Part shown: positions 21,401-29,489 of the stretch, piece by piece
How positions within the stretch are numbered: the first letter of the stretch is position 1
How the letters are laid out: each line of letters opens with the position of its first letter
Origin: Eledone cirrhosa
Lineage: Eukaryota
Assembly: GCA_964016885.1 (NCBI GenBank)
Contig: OZ024744.1
Location: forward strand, 114,948,001 to 115,012,000
Reading direction: 5' to 3'
DNA: 64,000 nt
Notes under the pieces: generated by a model
What the model was told of the DNA's origin: nothing
Databases searched by the model: none
The model's input: the letters and a program-made list of their open reading frames with translations, nothing else
Translations under genes and position numbers: made by a program

Positions 21401-23919
21401 GCTGTGGTTGGTGTTGTCATTGTTTCTGTTGTCTGACCTGTCGCTGTTGCTGCTGCGGTTGGTGTTGTCATCATTTCTGTTGTCTGACTTGTCGCTGTTG
21501 CTGCTGCGGTTGGTGTTGTCATTGTTTCTGTTGTCTGACTTGTCGCTGTTGCTGCTGCGGTTGGTGTTGTCATTGTTTCTGTTGTCTGACTTGTCGCTGT
21601 TGCTGCTGCGGTTGGTGTTGTCATCATTTCTGTTGTCTGACTTGTCGCTGTTGCTGCTGTGGTTGGTGTTGTCATCATTTCTGTTGTCTGACTTGTCGCT
21701 GTTGCTGCTGCGGTTGGTGTTGTCATCATTTCTGTTGTCTGACCTGTCGCTGTTGCTGCTGCGGTTGGTGTTGTCATTGTTTCTGTTGTCTGTCTTGTCG
21801 CTGTTGCTGCTGCGGTTGGTGTTGTCATCATTTCTGTTGTCTGACTTGTCGCTGTTGCTGCTGCGGTTGGTGTTGTCATCGTTTCTGTTGTCTGACTTGT
21901 CGCTGTTGCTGCTGCGGTTGGTGTTGTCATCATTTCTGTTGTCTGACTTGTCGCTGTTGCTGCTGCGGCTGGTGTTGTCATCGTTTCTGTTGTCTGACTT
22001 GTCGCTGTTGCTGCTGCGGTTGGTGTTGTCATCATTTCTGTTGTCTGTCTTGTCGCTGTTGCTGCTGCGGTTGGTGTTGTCACCATTTCTGTTGTCTGTC
22101 TTGTCGCTGTTGCTGCTGCGGTTGGTGTTGTCATCGTTTCTGTTGTCTGACTTGTCGCTGTTGCTGCTGCGGTTGGTGTTGTCATCATTTCTGTTGTCTG
22201 TCTTGTCGCTGTTGCTGCTGCGGTTGGTGTTGTCATCATTTCTGTTGTCTGACTTGTCGCTGTTGCTGCTGCGGTTGGTGTTGTCATTGTTTCTGTTGTC
22301 TGACTTGTCGCTGTTGCTGCTGCGGTTGGTGTTGTCATCATTTCTGTTGTCTGACTTGTCGCTGTTGCTGCTGCGGTTGGTGTTGTCATCATTTCTGTTG
22401 TCTGACTTGTCGCTGTTGCTGCTGCGGTTGGTGTTGTCATCATTTCTGTTGTCTGACTTGTCGCTGTTGCTGCTGCGGTTGGTGTTGTCATTGTTTCTGT
22501 TGTCTGACTTGTCGCTGTTGCTGCTGCGGTTGGTGTTGTCATCATTTCTGTTGTCTGACTTGTCGCTGTTGCTGCTGCGGTTGGTGTTGTCATCATTTCT
22601 GTTGTCTGACTTGTCGCTGTTGCTGCTGCGGTTGGTGTTGTCATTGTTTCTGTTGTCTGTCTTGTCGCTGTTGCTGCTGCGGTTGGTGTTGTCATCATTT
22701 CTGTTGTCTGATTTGTCGCTGTTGCTGCTGTGGTTGGTGTTGTCATCGTTTCTGTTGTCTGTCTTGTCGCTGTTGCTGCTGCAGTTGGTGTTGTCATCAT
22801 TTCTGTTGTCTGACCTGTCGCTGTTGCTGCTGCGGTTGGTGTTGTCATCATTTCTGTTGTCTGACTTGTCGCTGTTGCTGCTGCGGTTGGTGTTGTCATC
22901 ATTTCTGTTGTCTGACTTGTCGCTGTTGCTGCTGCGGTTGGTGTTGTCATCATTTCTGTTGTCTGACCTGTCGCTGTTACTGCTGCGGTTGGTGTTGTCA
23001 TCATTTCTGTTGTCGGACTTGTCGCTGTTGCTGCTGTGTTTGGTGTTGTCATCATTTCTGTTGTCTGACTTGTCGCTGTTACTGCTGCGGTTGGTGTTGT
23101 CATCATTTCTGTTGTCTGACTTGTCGCTGTTACTGCTGCGGTTGGTGTTGTCATCATTTCTGTTGTCGGACTTGTCGCTGTTGCTGCTGTGGTTGGTGTT
23201 GTCATTGTTTCTGTTGTCTGACTTGTCGCTGTTGCTGCTGCGGTTGGTGTTGTCATCATTTCTGTTGTCTGTCTTGTCGCTGTTGCTGCTGCGGTTGGTG
23301 TTGTCATTGTTTCTGTTGTCTGTCTTGTCGCTGTTGCTGCTGCGGTTGGTGTTGTCATTGTTTCTGTTGTCTGACTTGTCGCTGTTGCTGCTGCGGTTGG
23401 TGTTGTCATCATTTCTGTTGTCTGTCTTGTCGCTGTTGCTGCTGCGGTTGGTGTTGTCATCATTTCTGTTGTCTGACTTGTCGCTGTTGCTGCTGCGGTT
23501 GGTGTTGTCATCATTTCTGTTGTCTGTCTTGTCGCTGTTGCTGCTGCGGTTGGTGTTGTCATCATTTCTGTTGTCTGACTTGTCGCTGTTGCTGCTGCGG
23601 TTGGTGTTGTCATCATTTCTGTTGTCTGTCTTGTCGCTGTTGCTGCTGCGGTTGGTGTTGTCATCGTTTCTGTTGTCTGACTTGTCGCTGTTGCTGCTGC
23701 GGTTGGTGTTGTCATCATTTCTGTTGTCTGTCTTGTCGCTGTTGCTGCTGCGGTTCTTGTTGTCATCATTTCTGTTGTCTGACTTGTCGCTGTTGCTGCT
23801 GCGGTTGGTGTTGTCATTGTTTCTGTTGTCTGACTTGTCGCTGTTGCTGCTGCGGTTGGTGTTGTCATCATTTCTGTTGTCTGACTTGTCGCTGTTGCTG
23901 CTGCGGTTGGTGTTGTCAT
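9490..23919 (-). CDS. Putative mucin-like PTS repeat domain, segment 5 (ends after the 1-bp deletion at 9513/9514)
   Basis: ORF track, 4809 aa of the same repeat; includes an in-frame 6-bp deletion near 14408. The tail AQVRQQKQ* marks the frameshift. Confidence 0.45.
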   Translation of the reverse strand: MTTPTAAATATSQTTEMMTTPTAAATATSQTTETMTTPTAAATATSQTTEMMTTRTAAATATRQTTEMMTTPTAAATATSQTTETMTTPTAAATATRQTTEMMTTPTAAATATSQTTEMMTTPTAAATATRQTTEMMTTPTAAATATSQTTEMMTTPTAAATATRQTTEMMTTPTAAATATSQTTETMTTPTAAATATRQTTETMTTPTAAATATRQTTEMMTTPTAAATATSQTTETMTTPTTAATATSPTTEMMTTPTAAVTATSQTTEMMTTPTAAVTATSQTTEMMTTPNTAATATSPTTEMMTTPTAAVTATGQTTEMMTTPTAAATATSQTTEMMTTPTAAATATSQTTEMMTTPTAAATATGQTTEMMTTPTAAATATRQTTETMTTPTTAATATNQTTEMMTTPTAAATATRQTTETMTTPTAAATATSQTTEMMTTPTAAATATSQTTEMMTTPTAAATATSQTTETMTTPTAAATATSQTTEMMTTPTAAATATSQTTEMMTTPTAAATATSQTTEMMTTPTAAATATSQTTETMTTPTAAATATSQTTEMMTTPTAAATATRQTTEMMTTPTAAATATSQTTETMTTPTAAATATRQTTEMVTTPTAAATATRQTTEMMTTPTAAATATSQTTETMTTPAAAATATSQTTEMMTTPTAAATATSQTTETMTTPTAAATATSQTTEMMTTPTAAATATRQTTETMTTPTAAATATGQTTEMMTTPTAAATATSQTTEMMTTPTTAATATSQTTEMMTTPTAAATATSQTTETMTTPTAAATATSQTTETMTTPTAAATATSQTTEMMTTPTAAATATGQTTETMTTPTTAATATSQTTETMTTPTAAATATRQTTEMMTTPTAAATATSQTTETMTTPTAAATATRQTTETMTTPTAAATATRQTTEMMTTPTAAATATSQTTEMMTTPTAAATATSQTTETMTTPTAAATATGQTTEMMTTPTAAATATRQTTEMMTTPTAAATATSQTTEMMTTPTAAATATGQTTETMTTPTTAATATSQTTETMTTPSAAATATSQTTEMMTTPTAAATATSQTTEMMTTPTAAATATSQTTEMMTTPTAAATATSQTTEMMTTTTAAATATSQTTEMMTTPTAAATATSQTTEMMTTPTAAATATSQTTEMMTTPTAAATATGQTTEMMTTPTAAATATGQTTEMMTTSTAAATATGQTTEMMTTPTAAATATRQTTETMTTPTAAATATSQTTEMMTTPTAAATATSQTTEMMTTPTAAATATSQTTEMMTTPTAAATATSQTTETMTTPTAAATATGQTTEMMTTPTAAATATGQTTEMMTTPTAAATATSQTTEMMTTPTTAATATRQTTETMTTPTAAATATRQTTETMTTPTAAATATSQTTEMMTTPTTAATATGQTTETMTTPTAAATATGQTTEMMTTPTAAATATSQTTEMMTTPTAAATATSQTTEMMTTPTAAATATSQTTETMTTPTAAATATSQTTETMTTPTAAATATRQTTETMTTPTAAATATRQTTEMMTTPTAAATATSQTTETMTTPTTAATATSQTTETMTTPITAATATRQTTEMMTTPTAAATATSQTTEMMTTPTAAAPATSQTTEMMTTPTAAATATSQTTETMTTPTAAATATSQTTETMTTPITAATATRQTTEMMTTPTAAATATSQTTEMMTTPTAAATATGQTTETMTTPTTAATATTQTTEMMTIPTAAATATSQTTETMTTPTAAATATSQTTEMMTTPTTAATATSQTTEMMTTPTAAATATSQTTEMMTTPTAAATATSQTTEMMTTPTAAATATSQTTETMTTPTAAATATSQTTEMMTTPTTAATATGQTTETMTTPTAAATATGQTTEMMTTPTAAATATSQTTEMMTTPTAAATATSQTTEMMTTPTAAATATSQTTETMTTPTAAATATSQTTEMMTTPTAAATATSQTTETMTTPTAAATATSQTTEMMTTPTAAATATSQTTEMMTTPTAAATATSQTTEMMTTPTAAATATRQTTEMMTTPTAAATATSQTTETMTTPTAAATATSQTTETMTTPAAAATATSQTTEMMTTPTAAATVTSQTTETMTTPTAAATATSQTTETMTTPTAAATATSQTTETMTTPTAAATATSQTTEMMTTPTAAATATSQTTETMTTPTAAATATSQTTEMMTTPTAAATATRQTTEMMTTPTAAATATSQTTETMTTPTAAATATSQTTETMTTPAAAATATSQTTEMMTTPTAAATVTSQTTETMTTPTAAATATSQTTETMTTPTAAATATSQTTETMTTPTAAATATSQTTEMMTTPTAAATATSQTTETMTTPTAAATATSQTTEMMTTPTAAATATSQTTEMMTTPTAAATATRQTTEMMTTPTAAATATSQTTEMMTTPTAAATATSQTTEMMTTPTAATTATGQTTETMTTPTTAATATSQTTEMMTTPTAAATATSQTTEMMTTPTAAATATRQTTEMMTTPAAAATATSQTTETMTTPTAAATATTQTTETMTTPTAAATATSQTTETMTTPTAAATATSQTTEMMTTPTAAATATSQTTEMMTTPTAAVTATSQTTEMMTTPTAAATATTQTTEMMTTPTAAATETRQTTEMMTTPTAAATATSQTTETMTTPTAAATATSQTTEMMTTPTTAATATRQTTETMTTPTAAATATRQTTETMTKPTAAATATSQTTETMTTPTTAATATRQTTEMMTTPTAAATATGQTTEMMTTPTAAATATSQTTEMMTTPTAAATATSQTTETMTTPTTAATATSQTTEMMTTPTTAATATRQTTEMMTTPTATATATRQTTETMTTPTTAATATSQTTEMMTTPTAAATATSQTTETMTTPTAAATATGQTTEMMTTPTTAATATSQTTEMMTTPTAAATATSQTTETMTTPTAAATATRQTTEMMTTPTTAATATSQTTETMTTPTAAATATSQTTETMTTPTAAATATSQTTEMMTTPTAAATATSQTTETMTTPTAAATATRQTTEMMTTPTAAATATSQTTETMTTPTAAATATGQTTEMMTTPTTAATATSQTTEMMTTPTAAATATSQTTEMMTTPTAAATATSQTTETMTTPTAAATATGQTTEMMTTPTTAATATSQTTETMTTPTAAATATSQTTEMMTTPTAAATATTQTTEMMTTPTAAATGQTTEMMTTPTTAATATSQTTEMMTTPTAAATATRQTTETMTTPTAAATATSQTTETMTTPTAAAPATRQTTEMMTTPTTAATATSQTTETMTTPTAAATATSQTTETMTTPTAAATATSQTTEMMTTPTAAATATSQTTETMTTPTAAATATRQTTEMMTTPTTAATATSQTTETMTTPTAAATATSQTTETMTTPTAAATATSQTTEMMTTPTAAATATSQTTETMTTPTAAATATRQTTEMMTTPTAAATATSQTTETMTTPTAAATATRQTTEMMTTPTAAATATSQTTEMMTTPTTAATATRQTTEMMTTPTATATATRQTTETMTTPTAAATATSQTTEMMTTPTTAATATRQTTETMTTPTAAATATTQTTEMMTTPTAAATATRQTTEMMTTPTTAATATRQTTETMTTPTAAATATSQTTEMMTTPTTAATATRQTTETMTTPTAAATATGQTTETMTTPTAAATATTQTTEMMTTPTAAATVTRQTTEMMTTPTTAATATRQTTEMMTTPTAAATATTQTTETMTTPTAAATATSQTTEMMTTPTAAATATGQTTEMMTTPTAAATATSQTTETMTTPTAAATATSQTTETMTTPTAAATATSQTTEMMTTPTAAATATSQTTEMMTTPTAAATATSQTTETMTTPNAAATATGQTTEMTTTPTAAATATRQTTETMTTPTAAATATSQTTETMTTPTAAATVTSQTTEMMTTPTTAATATRQTTETMTTPTTAATATSQTTEMMTTPTAAATATSQTTEMMTTPTAAATATSQTTEMMTTPTAAATATSQTTEMMTTPTAAATATRQTTETMTTPTAAATATSQTTEMMTTPTAAATATSQTTEMMTTPTAAATATTQTTETMTTPTAAATATSQTTEMMTTPTAAATATGQTTEMMTTPTAAATATSQTTETMTTPTAAATATSQTTETMTTPTAAATATSQTTEMMTTPTAAATATSQTTEMMTTPTAAATATSQTTETMTTPNAAATVTGQTTEMTTTPTAAATATRQTTETMTTPTAAATATSQTTETMTTPTAAATVTSQTTEMMTTPTTAATATRQTTETMTTPTTAATATSQTTEMMTTPTAAATATSQTTEMMTTPTAAATATSQTTEMMTTPTAAATATSQTTEMMTTPTAAATATRQTTETMTTPTAAATATSQTTEMMTTPTAAATATSQTTEMMTTPTAAATATSQTTEMMTTPTAAATATRQTTEMMTTPTAAATAKSQTTETMTTPTAAATATTQTTETMTTPTAAATATSQTTETMTTPTAAATATSQTTEMMTTPTAAATATSQTTEMMTTPTAAVTATSQTTEMMTTPTAAATATTQTTEMMTTPTAAATETRQTTEMMTTPTAAATATSQTTETMTTPTAAATATSQTTEMMTTPTTAATATRQTTETMTTPTAAATATRQTTETMTTPTAAATATSQTTETMTTPTTAATATRQTTEMMTTPTAAATATGQTTEMMTTPTAAATATRQTTETMTTPTAAVTATGQTTEMMTTPTAAATATSQTTEMMTTPTAAATATSQTTETMTTPTTAATATRQTTETMTTPTTAATATSQTTEMMTTPTAAATATGQTTEIMTTPTAAATATSQTTETMTTPTTAATAQVRQQKQ
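9511..9516. other. 1-bp deletion (T) in one repeat unit; frameshift or sequencing error
   Basis: gacttgcgctg instead of gacttgtcgctg; all ORFs in the track change register here. Confidence 0.95.
10800..12830. repeat. Higher-order tandem duplication, 20 units (1,020 bp); boundaries approximate
   Basis: Lines starting at 10921 and 11941 are near-identical for about 900 bp. The rare variant gctgcgtttg is at 11411 and 12431. Confidence 0.9.
14403..14412. other. In-frame 6-bp deletion in one unit (45-bp unit)
   Basis: gacctgttgctg instead of gacctgtcgctgttgctg; the translation shows TAAATGQ instead of TAAATATGQ. Confidence 0.95.
16880..17940. repeat. Higher-order tandem duplication, 10 units (510 bp); boundaries approximate
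   Basis: tcactg at 17157 and 17667; cggctgg at 17223 and 17733. Confidence 0.85.
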
Positions 23920-26900
23920 TGTTCTGTTGTCTGACTTGTCGTTGTTGCTGCTGCGGTTGGTGTTGTCATCATTTCTGTTGTCTGACTTGTCGCTGTTGCT
24001 GCTGCGGTTGGTGTTGTCATCATTTCTGTTGTCTGACTTGTCGCTGTTGCTGCTGCGGTTGGTGTTGTCATCATTTCTGTTGTCTGACTTGTCGCTGTTG
24101 CTGCTGCGGTTGGTGTTGTCATCATTTCTGTTGTCTGACTTGTCGCTGTTGCTGCTGCGGTTGGTGTTGTCATCATTTCTGTTGTCTGACCTGTCGCTGT
24201 TACTGCTGCGGTTGGTGTTGTCATCATTTCTGTTGTCTGACTTGTCGCTGTTACTGCTGCGGTTGGTGTTGTCATCATTTCTGTTGTCTGACTTGTCGCT
24301 GTTGCTGCTGTGGTTGGTGTTGTCATTGTTTCTGTTGTCTGACTTGTCGCTGTTGCTGCTGCGGTTGGTGTTGTCATCATTTCTGTTGTCTGACTTGTCG
24401 CTGTTGCTGCTGCGGTTGGTGTTGTCATTGTTTCTGTTGTCTGACCTGTCGCTGTTACTGCTGCGGTTGGTGTTGTCATCATTTCTGTTGTCTGACTTGT
24501 CGCTGTTGCCGCTGCTGTTGGTGTTGTCATCATTTCTGTTGTCTGACCTGTCGCTGTTACTGCTGCGGTTGGTGTTGTCATCATTTCTGTTGTCTGACTT
24601 GTCGCTGTTACTGTTGCGGTTGGTGTTGTCATCATTTCTGTTGTCTGACTTGTCGCTGTTGCTGCTGCGGTTGGTGTTGTCATCATTTCTGTTGTCTGAC
24701 CTGTCGCTGTTGCTGCTGCGGTTGGTGTTGTCATTGTTTCTGTTGTCTGACCTGTCGCTGTTGCTGCTGTGGTTGGTGTTGTCATCATTTCTGTTGTCTG
24801 ACTTGTCGCTGTTGCTGCTGCGGTTGGTGTTGTCATTGTTTCTGTTGTCTGTCTTGTCGCTGTTGCTGCTGCGGTTGGTGTTGTCATTGTTTCTGTTGTC
24901 TGTCTTGTCGCTGTTGCTGCTGCGGTTGGTGTTGTCATCATTTCTGTTGTCTGACTTGTCGCTGTTGCTGCTGCGGTTGGTGTTGTCATCATTTCTGTTG
25001 TCTGACTTGTCGCTGTTGCTGCTGTGGTTGGTGTTGTCATCATTTCTGTTGTCTGACTTGTCGCTGTTGCTGCTGCGGTTGGTGTTGTCATCATTTCTGT
25101 TGTCTGACCTGTCGCTGTTGCTGCTGCGGTTGGTGTTGTCATCATTTCTGTTGTCTGACCTGTCGCTGTTGCTGCTGCGGTTGGTGTTGTCATCATTTCT
25201 GTTGTCTGACCTGTCGCTGTTGCTGCTGCGGTTGGTGTTGTCATTGTTTCTGTTGTCTGACTTGTCGCTGTTGCTGCTGCGGTTGGTGTTGTCATCATTT
25301 CTGTTGTCTGACTTGTCGCTGTTGCTGCTGCGGTTGGTGTTGTCATCGTTTCTGTTGTCTGACTTGTCGCTGTTGCTGCTGCGGTTGGTGTTGTCATTGT
25401 TTCTGTTGTCTGACTTGTCGCTGTTGCTGCTGCAGTTGGTGTTGTCATCATTTCTGTTGTCTGTCTTGTCGCTGTTGCTGCTGCGGTTGGTGTTGTCATC
25501 ATTTCTGTTGTCTGACTTGTCGCTGTTGCTGCTGCGGTTGGTGTTGTCATCATTTCTGTTGTCTGACTTGTCGCTGTTGCTGCTGCGGCTGGTGTTGTCA
25601 TCGTTTCTGTTGTCTGACCTGTCGCTGTTGCTGCTGCGGTTGGTGTTGTCATTGTTTCTGTTGTCTGACCTGTCGCTGTTGCTGCTGTGGTTGGTGTTGT
25701 CATCATTTCTGTTGTCTGACTTGTCGCTGTTGCTGCTGCGGTTGGTGTTGTCATTGTTTCTGTTGTCTGTCTTGTCGCTGTTGCTGCTGCGGTTGGTGTT
25801 GTCATTGTTTCTGTTGTCTGTCTTGTCGCTGTTGCTGCTGCGGTTGGTGTTGTCATTGTTTCTGTTGTCTGACTTGTCGCTGTTGCTGCTGCGGTTGGTG
25901 TTGTCATCATTTCTGTTGTCTGACTTGTCGCTGTTGCTGCTGCGGTTGGTGTTGTCATCGTTTCTGTTGTCTGACTTGTCGCTGTTGCTGCTGCGGTTGG
26001 TGTTGTCATCATTTCTGTTGTCTGACTTGTCGCTGTTGCTGCTGCGGTTGGTGTTGTCATCGTTTCTGTTGTCTGACTTGTCGCTGTTGCTGCTGCGGTT
26101 GGTGTTGTCATCATTTCTGTTGTCTGACTTGTCGCTGTTGCTGCTGCGGCTGGTGTTGTCATCGTTTCTGTTGTCTGACTTGTCGCTGTTGCTGCTGCGG
26201 TTGGTGTTGTCATCATTTCTGTTGTCTGTCTTGTCGCTGTTGCTGCTGCGGTTGGTGTTGTCATCATTTCTGTTGTCTGTCTTGTCGCTGTTGCTGCTGC
26301 GGTTGGTGTTGTCATCGTTTCTGTTGTCTGACTTGTCGCTGTTGCTGCTGCGGTTGGTGTTGTCATCATTTCTGTTGTCTGTCTTGTCGCTGTTGCTGCT
26401 GCGGTTGGTGTTGTCATCATTTCTGTTGTCTGACTTGTCGCTGTTGCTGCTGCGGTTGGTGTTGTCATTGTTTCTGTTGTCTGACTTGTCGCTGTTGCTG
26501 CTGCGGTTGGTGTTGTCATCATTTCTGTTGTCTGACTTGTCGCTGTTGCTGCTGTGGTTGGTGTTGTCATCATTTCTGTTGTCTGACTTGTCGCTGTTGC
26601 TGCTGCGGTTGGTGTTGTCATCATTTCTGTTGTCTGACTTGTCGCTGTTGCTGCTGCGGTTGGTGTTGTCATTGTTTCTGTTGTCTGTCTTGTCGCTGTT
26701 GCTGCTGCGGTTGGTGTTGTCATCATTTCTGTTGTCTGACTTGTCGCTGTTGCTGCTGCGGTTGGTGTTGTCATCATTTCTGTTGTCTGACTTATCGCTG
26801 TTGCTGCTGCGGTTGGTGTTGTCATCATTTCTGTTGTCTGACCTGTCGCTGTTACTGCTGCGGTTGGTGTTGTCATCATTTCTGTTGTCTGACTTGTCGC

Positions 26901-29477
26901 TGTTGCTGCTGCGGTTGGTGTTGTCATCATTTCTGTTGTCTGACTTGTCGCTGTTGCTGCTGCGGTTGGTGTTGTCATCATTTCTGTTGTCTGACTTGTC
27001 GCTGTTGCTGCTGCGGTTGGTGTTGTCATCATTTCTGTTGTCTGACCTGTCGCTGTTACTGCTGCGGTTGGTGTTGTCATCATTTCTGTTGTCTGACTTG
27101 TCGCTGTTGCTGCTGCGGTTGGTGTTGTCATCATTTCTGTTGTCTGACTTGTCGCTGTTGCTGCTGCGGTTGGTGTTGTCATCATTTCTGTTGTCTGACT
27201 TGTCGCTGTTGCTGCTGTGGTTGGTGTTGTCATTGTTTCTGTTGTCTGACTTGTCGCTGTTGCTGCTGCGGTTGGTGTTGTCATCATTTCTGTTGTCTGT
27301 CTTGTCGCTGTTGCTGCTGCGGTTGGTGTTGTCATTGTTTCTGTTGTCTGTCTTGTCGCTGTTGCTGCTGCGGTTGGTGTTGTCATTGTTTCTGTTGTCT
27401 GACTTGTCGCTGTTGCTGCTGCGGTTGGTGTTGTCATCATTTCTGTTGTCTGTCTTGTCGCTGTTGCTGCTGCGGTTGGTGTTGTCATCATTTCTGTTGT
27501 CTGACTTGTCGCTGTTGCTGCTGCGGTTGGTGTTGTCATCATTTCTGTTGTCTGTCTTGTCGCTGTTGCTGCTGCGGTTGGTGTTGTCATCATTTCTGTT
27601 GTCTGACTTGTCGCTGTTGCTGCTGCGGTTGGTGTTGTCATCATTTCTGTTGTCTGTCTTGTCGCTGTTGCTGCTGCGGTTGGTGTTGTCATCGTTTCTG
27701 TTGTCTGACTTGTCGCTGTTGCTGCTGCGGTTGGTGTTGTCATCATTTCTGTTGTCCGTCTTGTCGCTGTTGCTGCTGCGGTTCTTGTTGTCATCATTTC
27801 TGTTGTCTGACTTGTCGCTGTTGCTGCTGCGGTTGGTGTTGTCATTGTTTCTGTTGTCTGACTTGTCGCTGTTGCTGCTGCGGTTGGTGTTGTCATTATT
27901 TCTGTTGTCTGACTTGTCGCTGTTGCTGCTGCGGTTGGTGTTGTCATTGTTTCTGTTGTCTGACTTGTCGCTGTTGCTGCTGCGGTTGGTGTTGTCATCA
28001 TTTCTGTTGTCTGACTTGTCGCTGTTGCTGCTGCGGTTGGTGTTGTCATCATTTCTGTTGTCTGACTTGTCGCTGTTGCTGCTGCGGTTGGTGTTGTCAT
28101 CATTTCTGTTGTCTGACTTGTCGCTGTTGCTGCTGCGGTTGGTGTTGTCATTGTTTCTGTTGTCTGTCTTGTCGCTGTTGCTGCTGCGGTTGGTGTTGTC
28201 ATCATTTCTGTTGTCTGAGTTGTCGCTGTTGCTGCTGCGGTTGGTGTTGTCATCATTTCTGTTGTCTGACTTGTCGCTGTTGCTGCTGCGGTTGGTGTTG
28301 TCATCATTTCTGTTGTCTGATCTGTCGCTGTTACTGCTGCGGTTGGTGTTGTCATCATTTCTGTTGTCTGACTTGTCGCTGTTACTGCTGCGGTTGGTGT
28401 TGTCATCATTTCTGTTGTCTGACTTGTCGCTGTTGCTGCTGTGGTTGGTGTTCTCATTGTTTCTGTTGTCTGACTTGTCGCTGTTGCTGCTGCGGTTGGT
28501 GTTGTCATCATTTCTGTTGTCTGACTTGTCGCTGTTGCTGCTGCGGTTGGTGTTGTCATTGTTTCTGTTGTCTGACCTGTCGCTGTTACTGCTGCGGTTG
28601 GTGTTGTCATCATTTCTGTTGTCTGACTTGTCGCTGTTGCCGCTGCGGTTGGTGTTGTCATCATTTCTGTTGTCTGACCTGTCGCTGTTACTGCTGCGGT
28701 TGGTGTTGTCATCATTTCTGTTGTCTGACTTGTCGCTGTTAATGTTGCGGTTGGTGTTGTCATCATTTCTGTTGTCTGACTTGTCGCTGTTGCTGCTGCG
28801 GTTGGTGTTGTCATTGTTTCTGTTGTCTGACTTGTCGCTGTTGCTGCTGCGGTTGGTGTTGTCATCATTTCTGTTGTCTGACTTGTCGCTGTTGCTGCTG
28901 TGGTTGGTGTTGTCATTGTTTCTGTTGTCTGTCTTGTCGCTGCTGCTGCTGCGGTTGGTGTTGTCATCATTTCTGTTGTCTGACTTGTCGCTGTTGCTGC
29001 TGCGGTTGGTGTTGTCATTGTTTCTGTTGTCTGACTTGTCGCTGCTGCTGCTGCGGTTGGTGTTGTCATCATTTCTGTTGTCTGACTTGTCGCTGTTGCT
29101 GCTGCGGTTGGTGTTGTCATTGTTTCTGTTGTCTGACTTGTCGCTGTTGCTGCTGCGGTTGGTGTTGTCATCATTTCTGTTGTCTGACTTGTCGCTGTTG
29201 CTGCTGTGGTTGGTGTTGTCATTGTTTCTGTTGTCTGTCTTGTCGCTGTTGCTGCTGCGGTTGGTGTTGTCATTGTTTCTGTTGTCTGACTTGTCGCTGT
29301 TGCTGCTGCGGTTGGTGTTGTCATCATTTCTGTTGTCTGATTTGTCGCTGTTGCTGCTGTGGTTGGTGTTGTCATTGTTTCTGTTGTCTGACTTGTCGCT
29401 GTTGCTGCTGCGGTTGGTGTTGTCATCATTTCTGTTGTCTGAGTTGTCGCTGTTGCTGCTGCGGTTGGTGTTGTCAT
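23916..29477 (-). CDS. Putative mucin-like PTS repeat domain, segment 4 (ends after the 1-bp deletion at 23922-23923)
   Basis: ORF track, 1853 aa of the same repeat; ends ...SQTTEQ* after loss of one T from a TTT run. Confidence 0.45.
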   Translation of the reverse strand: MTTPTAAATATTQTTEMMTTPTAAATATSQTTETMTTPTTAATATNQTTEMMTTPTAAATATSQTTETMTTPTAAATATRQTTETMTTPTTAATATSQTTEMMTTPTAAATATSQTTETMTTPTAAATATSQTTEMMTTPTAAAAATSQTTETMTTPTAAATATSQTTEMMTTPTAAAAATRQTTETMTTPTTAATATSQTTEMMTTPTAAATATSQTTETMTTPTAAATATSQTTEMMTTPTATLTATSQTTEMMTTPTAAVTATGQTTEMMTTPTAAATATSQTTEMMTTPTAAVTATGQTTETMTTPTAAATATSQTTEMMTTPTAAATATSQTTETMRTPTTAATATSQTTEMMTTPTAAVTATSQTTEMMTTPTAAVTATDQTTEMMTTPTAAATATSQTTEMMTTPTAAATATTQTTEMMTTPTAAATATRQTTETMTTPTAAATATSQTTEMMTTPTAAATATSQTTEMMTTPTAAATATSQTTEMMTTPTAAATATSQTTETMTTPTAAATATSQTTEIMTTPTAAATATSQTTETMTTPTAAATATSQTTEMMTTRTAAATATRRTTEMMTTPTAAATATSQTTETMTTPTAAATATRQTTEMMTTPTAAATATSQTTEMMTTPTAAATATRQTTEMMTTPTAAATATSQTTEMMTTPTAAATATRQTTEMMTTPTAAATATSQTTETMTTPTAAATATRQTTETMTTPTAAATATRQTTEMMTTPTAAATATSQTTETMTTPTTAATATSQTTEMMTTPTAAATATSQTTEMMTTPTAAATATSQTTEMMTTPTAAVTATGQTTEMMTTPTAAATATSQTTEMMTTPTAAATATSQTTEMMTTPTAAATATSQTTEMMTTPTAAVTATGQTTEMMTTPTAAATAISQTTEMMTTPTAAATATSQTTEMMTTPTAAATATRQTTETMTTPTAAATATSQTTEMMTTPTAAATATSQTTEMMTTPTTAATATSQTTEMMTTPTAAATATSQTTETMTTPTAAATATSQTTEMMTTPTAAATATRQTTEMMTTPTAAATATSQTTETMTTPTAAATATRQTTEMMTTPTAAATATRQTTEMMTTPTAAATATSQTTETMTTPAAAATATSQTTEMMTTPTAAATATSQTTETMTTPTAAATATSQTTEMMTTPTAAATATSQTTETMTTPTAAATATSQTTEMMTTPTAAATATSQTTETMTTPTAAATATRQTTETMTTPTAAATATRQTTETMTTPTAAATATSQTTEMMTTPTTAATATGQTTETMTTPTAAATATGQTTETMTTPAAAATATSQTTEMMTTPTAAATATSQTTEMMTTPTAAATATRQTTEMMTTPTAAATATSQTTETMTTPTAAATATSQTTETMTTPTAAATATSQTTEMMTTPTAAATATSQTTETMTTPTAAATATGQTTEMMTTPTAAATATGQTTEMMTTPTAAATATGQTTEMMTTPTAAATATSQTTEMMTTPTTAATATSQTTEMMTTPTAAATATSQTTEMMTTPTAAATATRQTTETMTTPTAAATATRQTTETMTTPTAAATATSQTTEMMTTPTTAATATGQTTETMTTPTAAATATGQTTEMMTTPTAAATATSQTTEMMTTPTATVTATSQTTEMMTTPTAAVTATGQTTEMMTTPTAAATATSQTTEMMTTPTAAVTATGQTTETMTTPTAAATATSQTTEMMTTPTAAATATSQTTETMTTPTTAATATSQTTEMMTTPTAAVTATSQTTEMMTTPTAAVTATGQTTEMMTTPTAAATATSQTTEMMTTPTAAATATSQTTEMMTTPTAAATATSQTTEMMTTPTAAATATSQTTEMMTTPTAAATTTSQTTEQ
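23919..23925. other. 1-bp deletion (T of a TTT run); frameshift or sequencing error
   Basis: tcattgttctg instead of tcattgtttctg. Confidence 0.95.
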
Positions 29478-29489
29478 TGTTTCTGTTGT

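Noticed and set aside
16458-26156. Chi-like GCTGGTG in cggctggtg variant units
   Set aside because: Only a 7/8 match to GCTGGTGG, created by a single T>C variant in a few units; no evidence of function.
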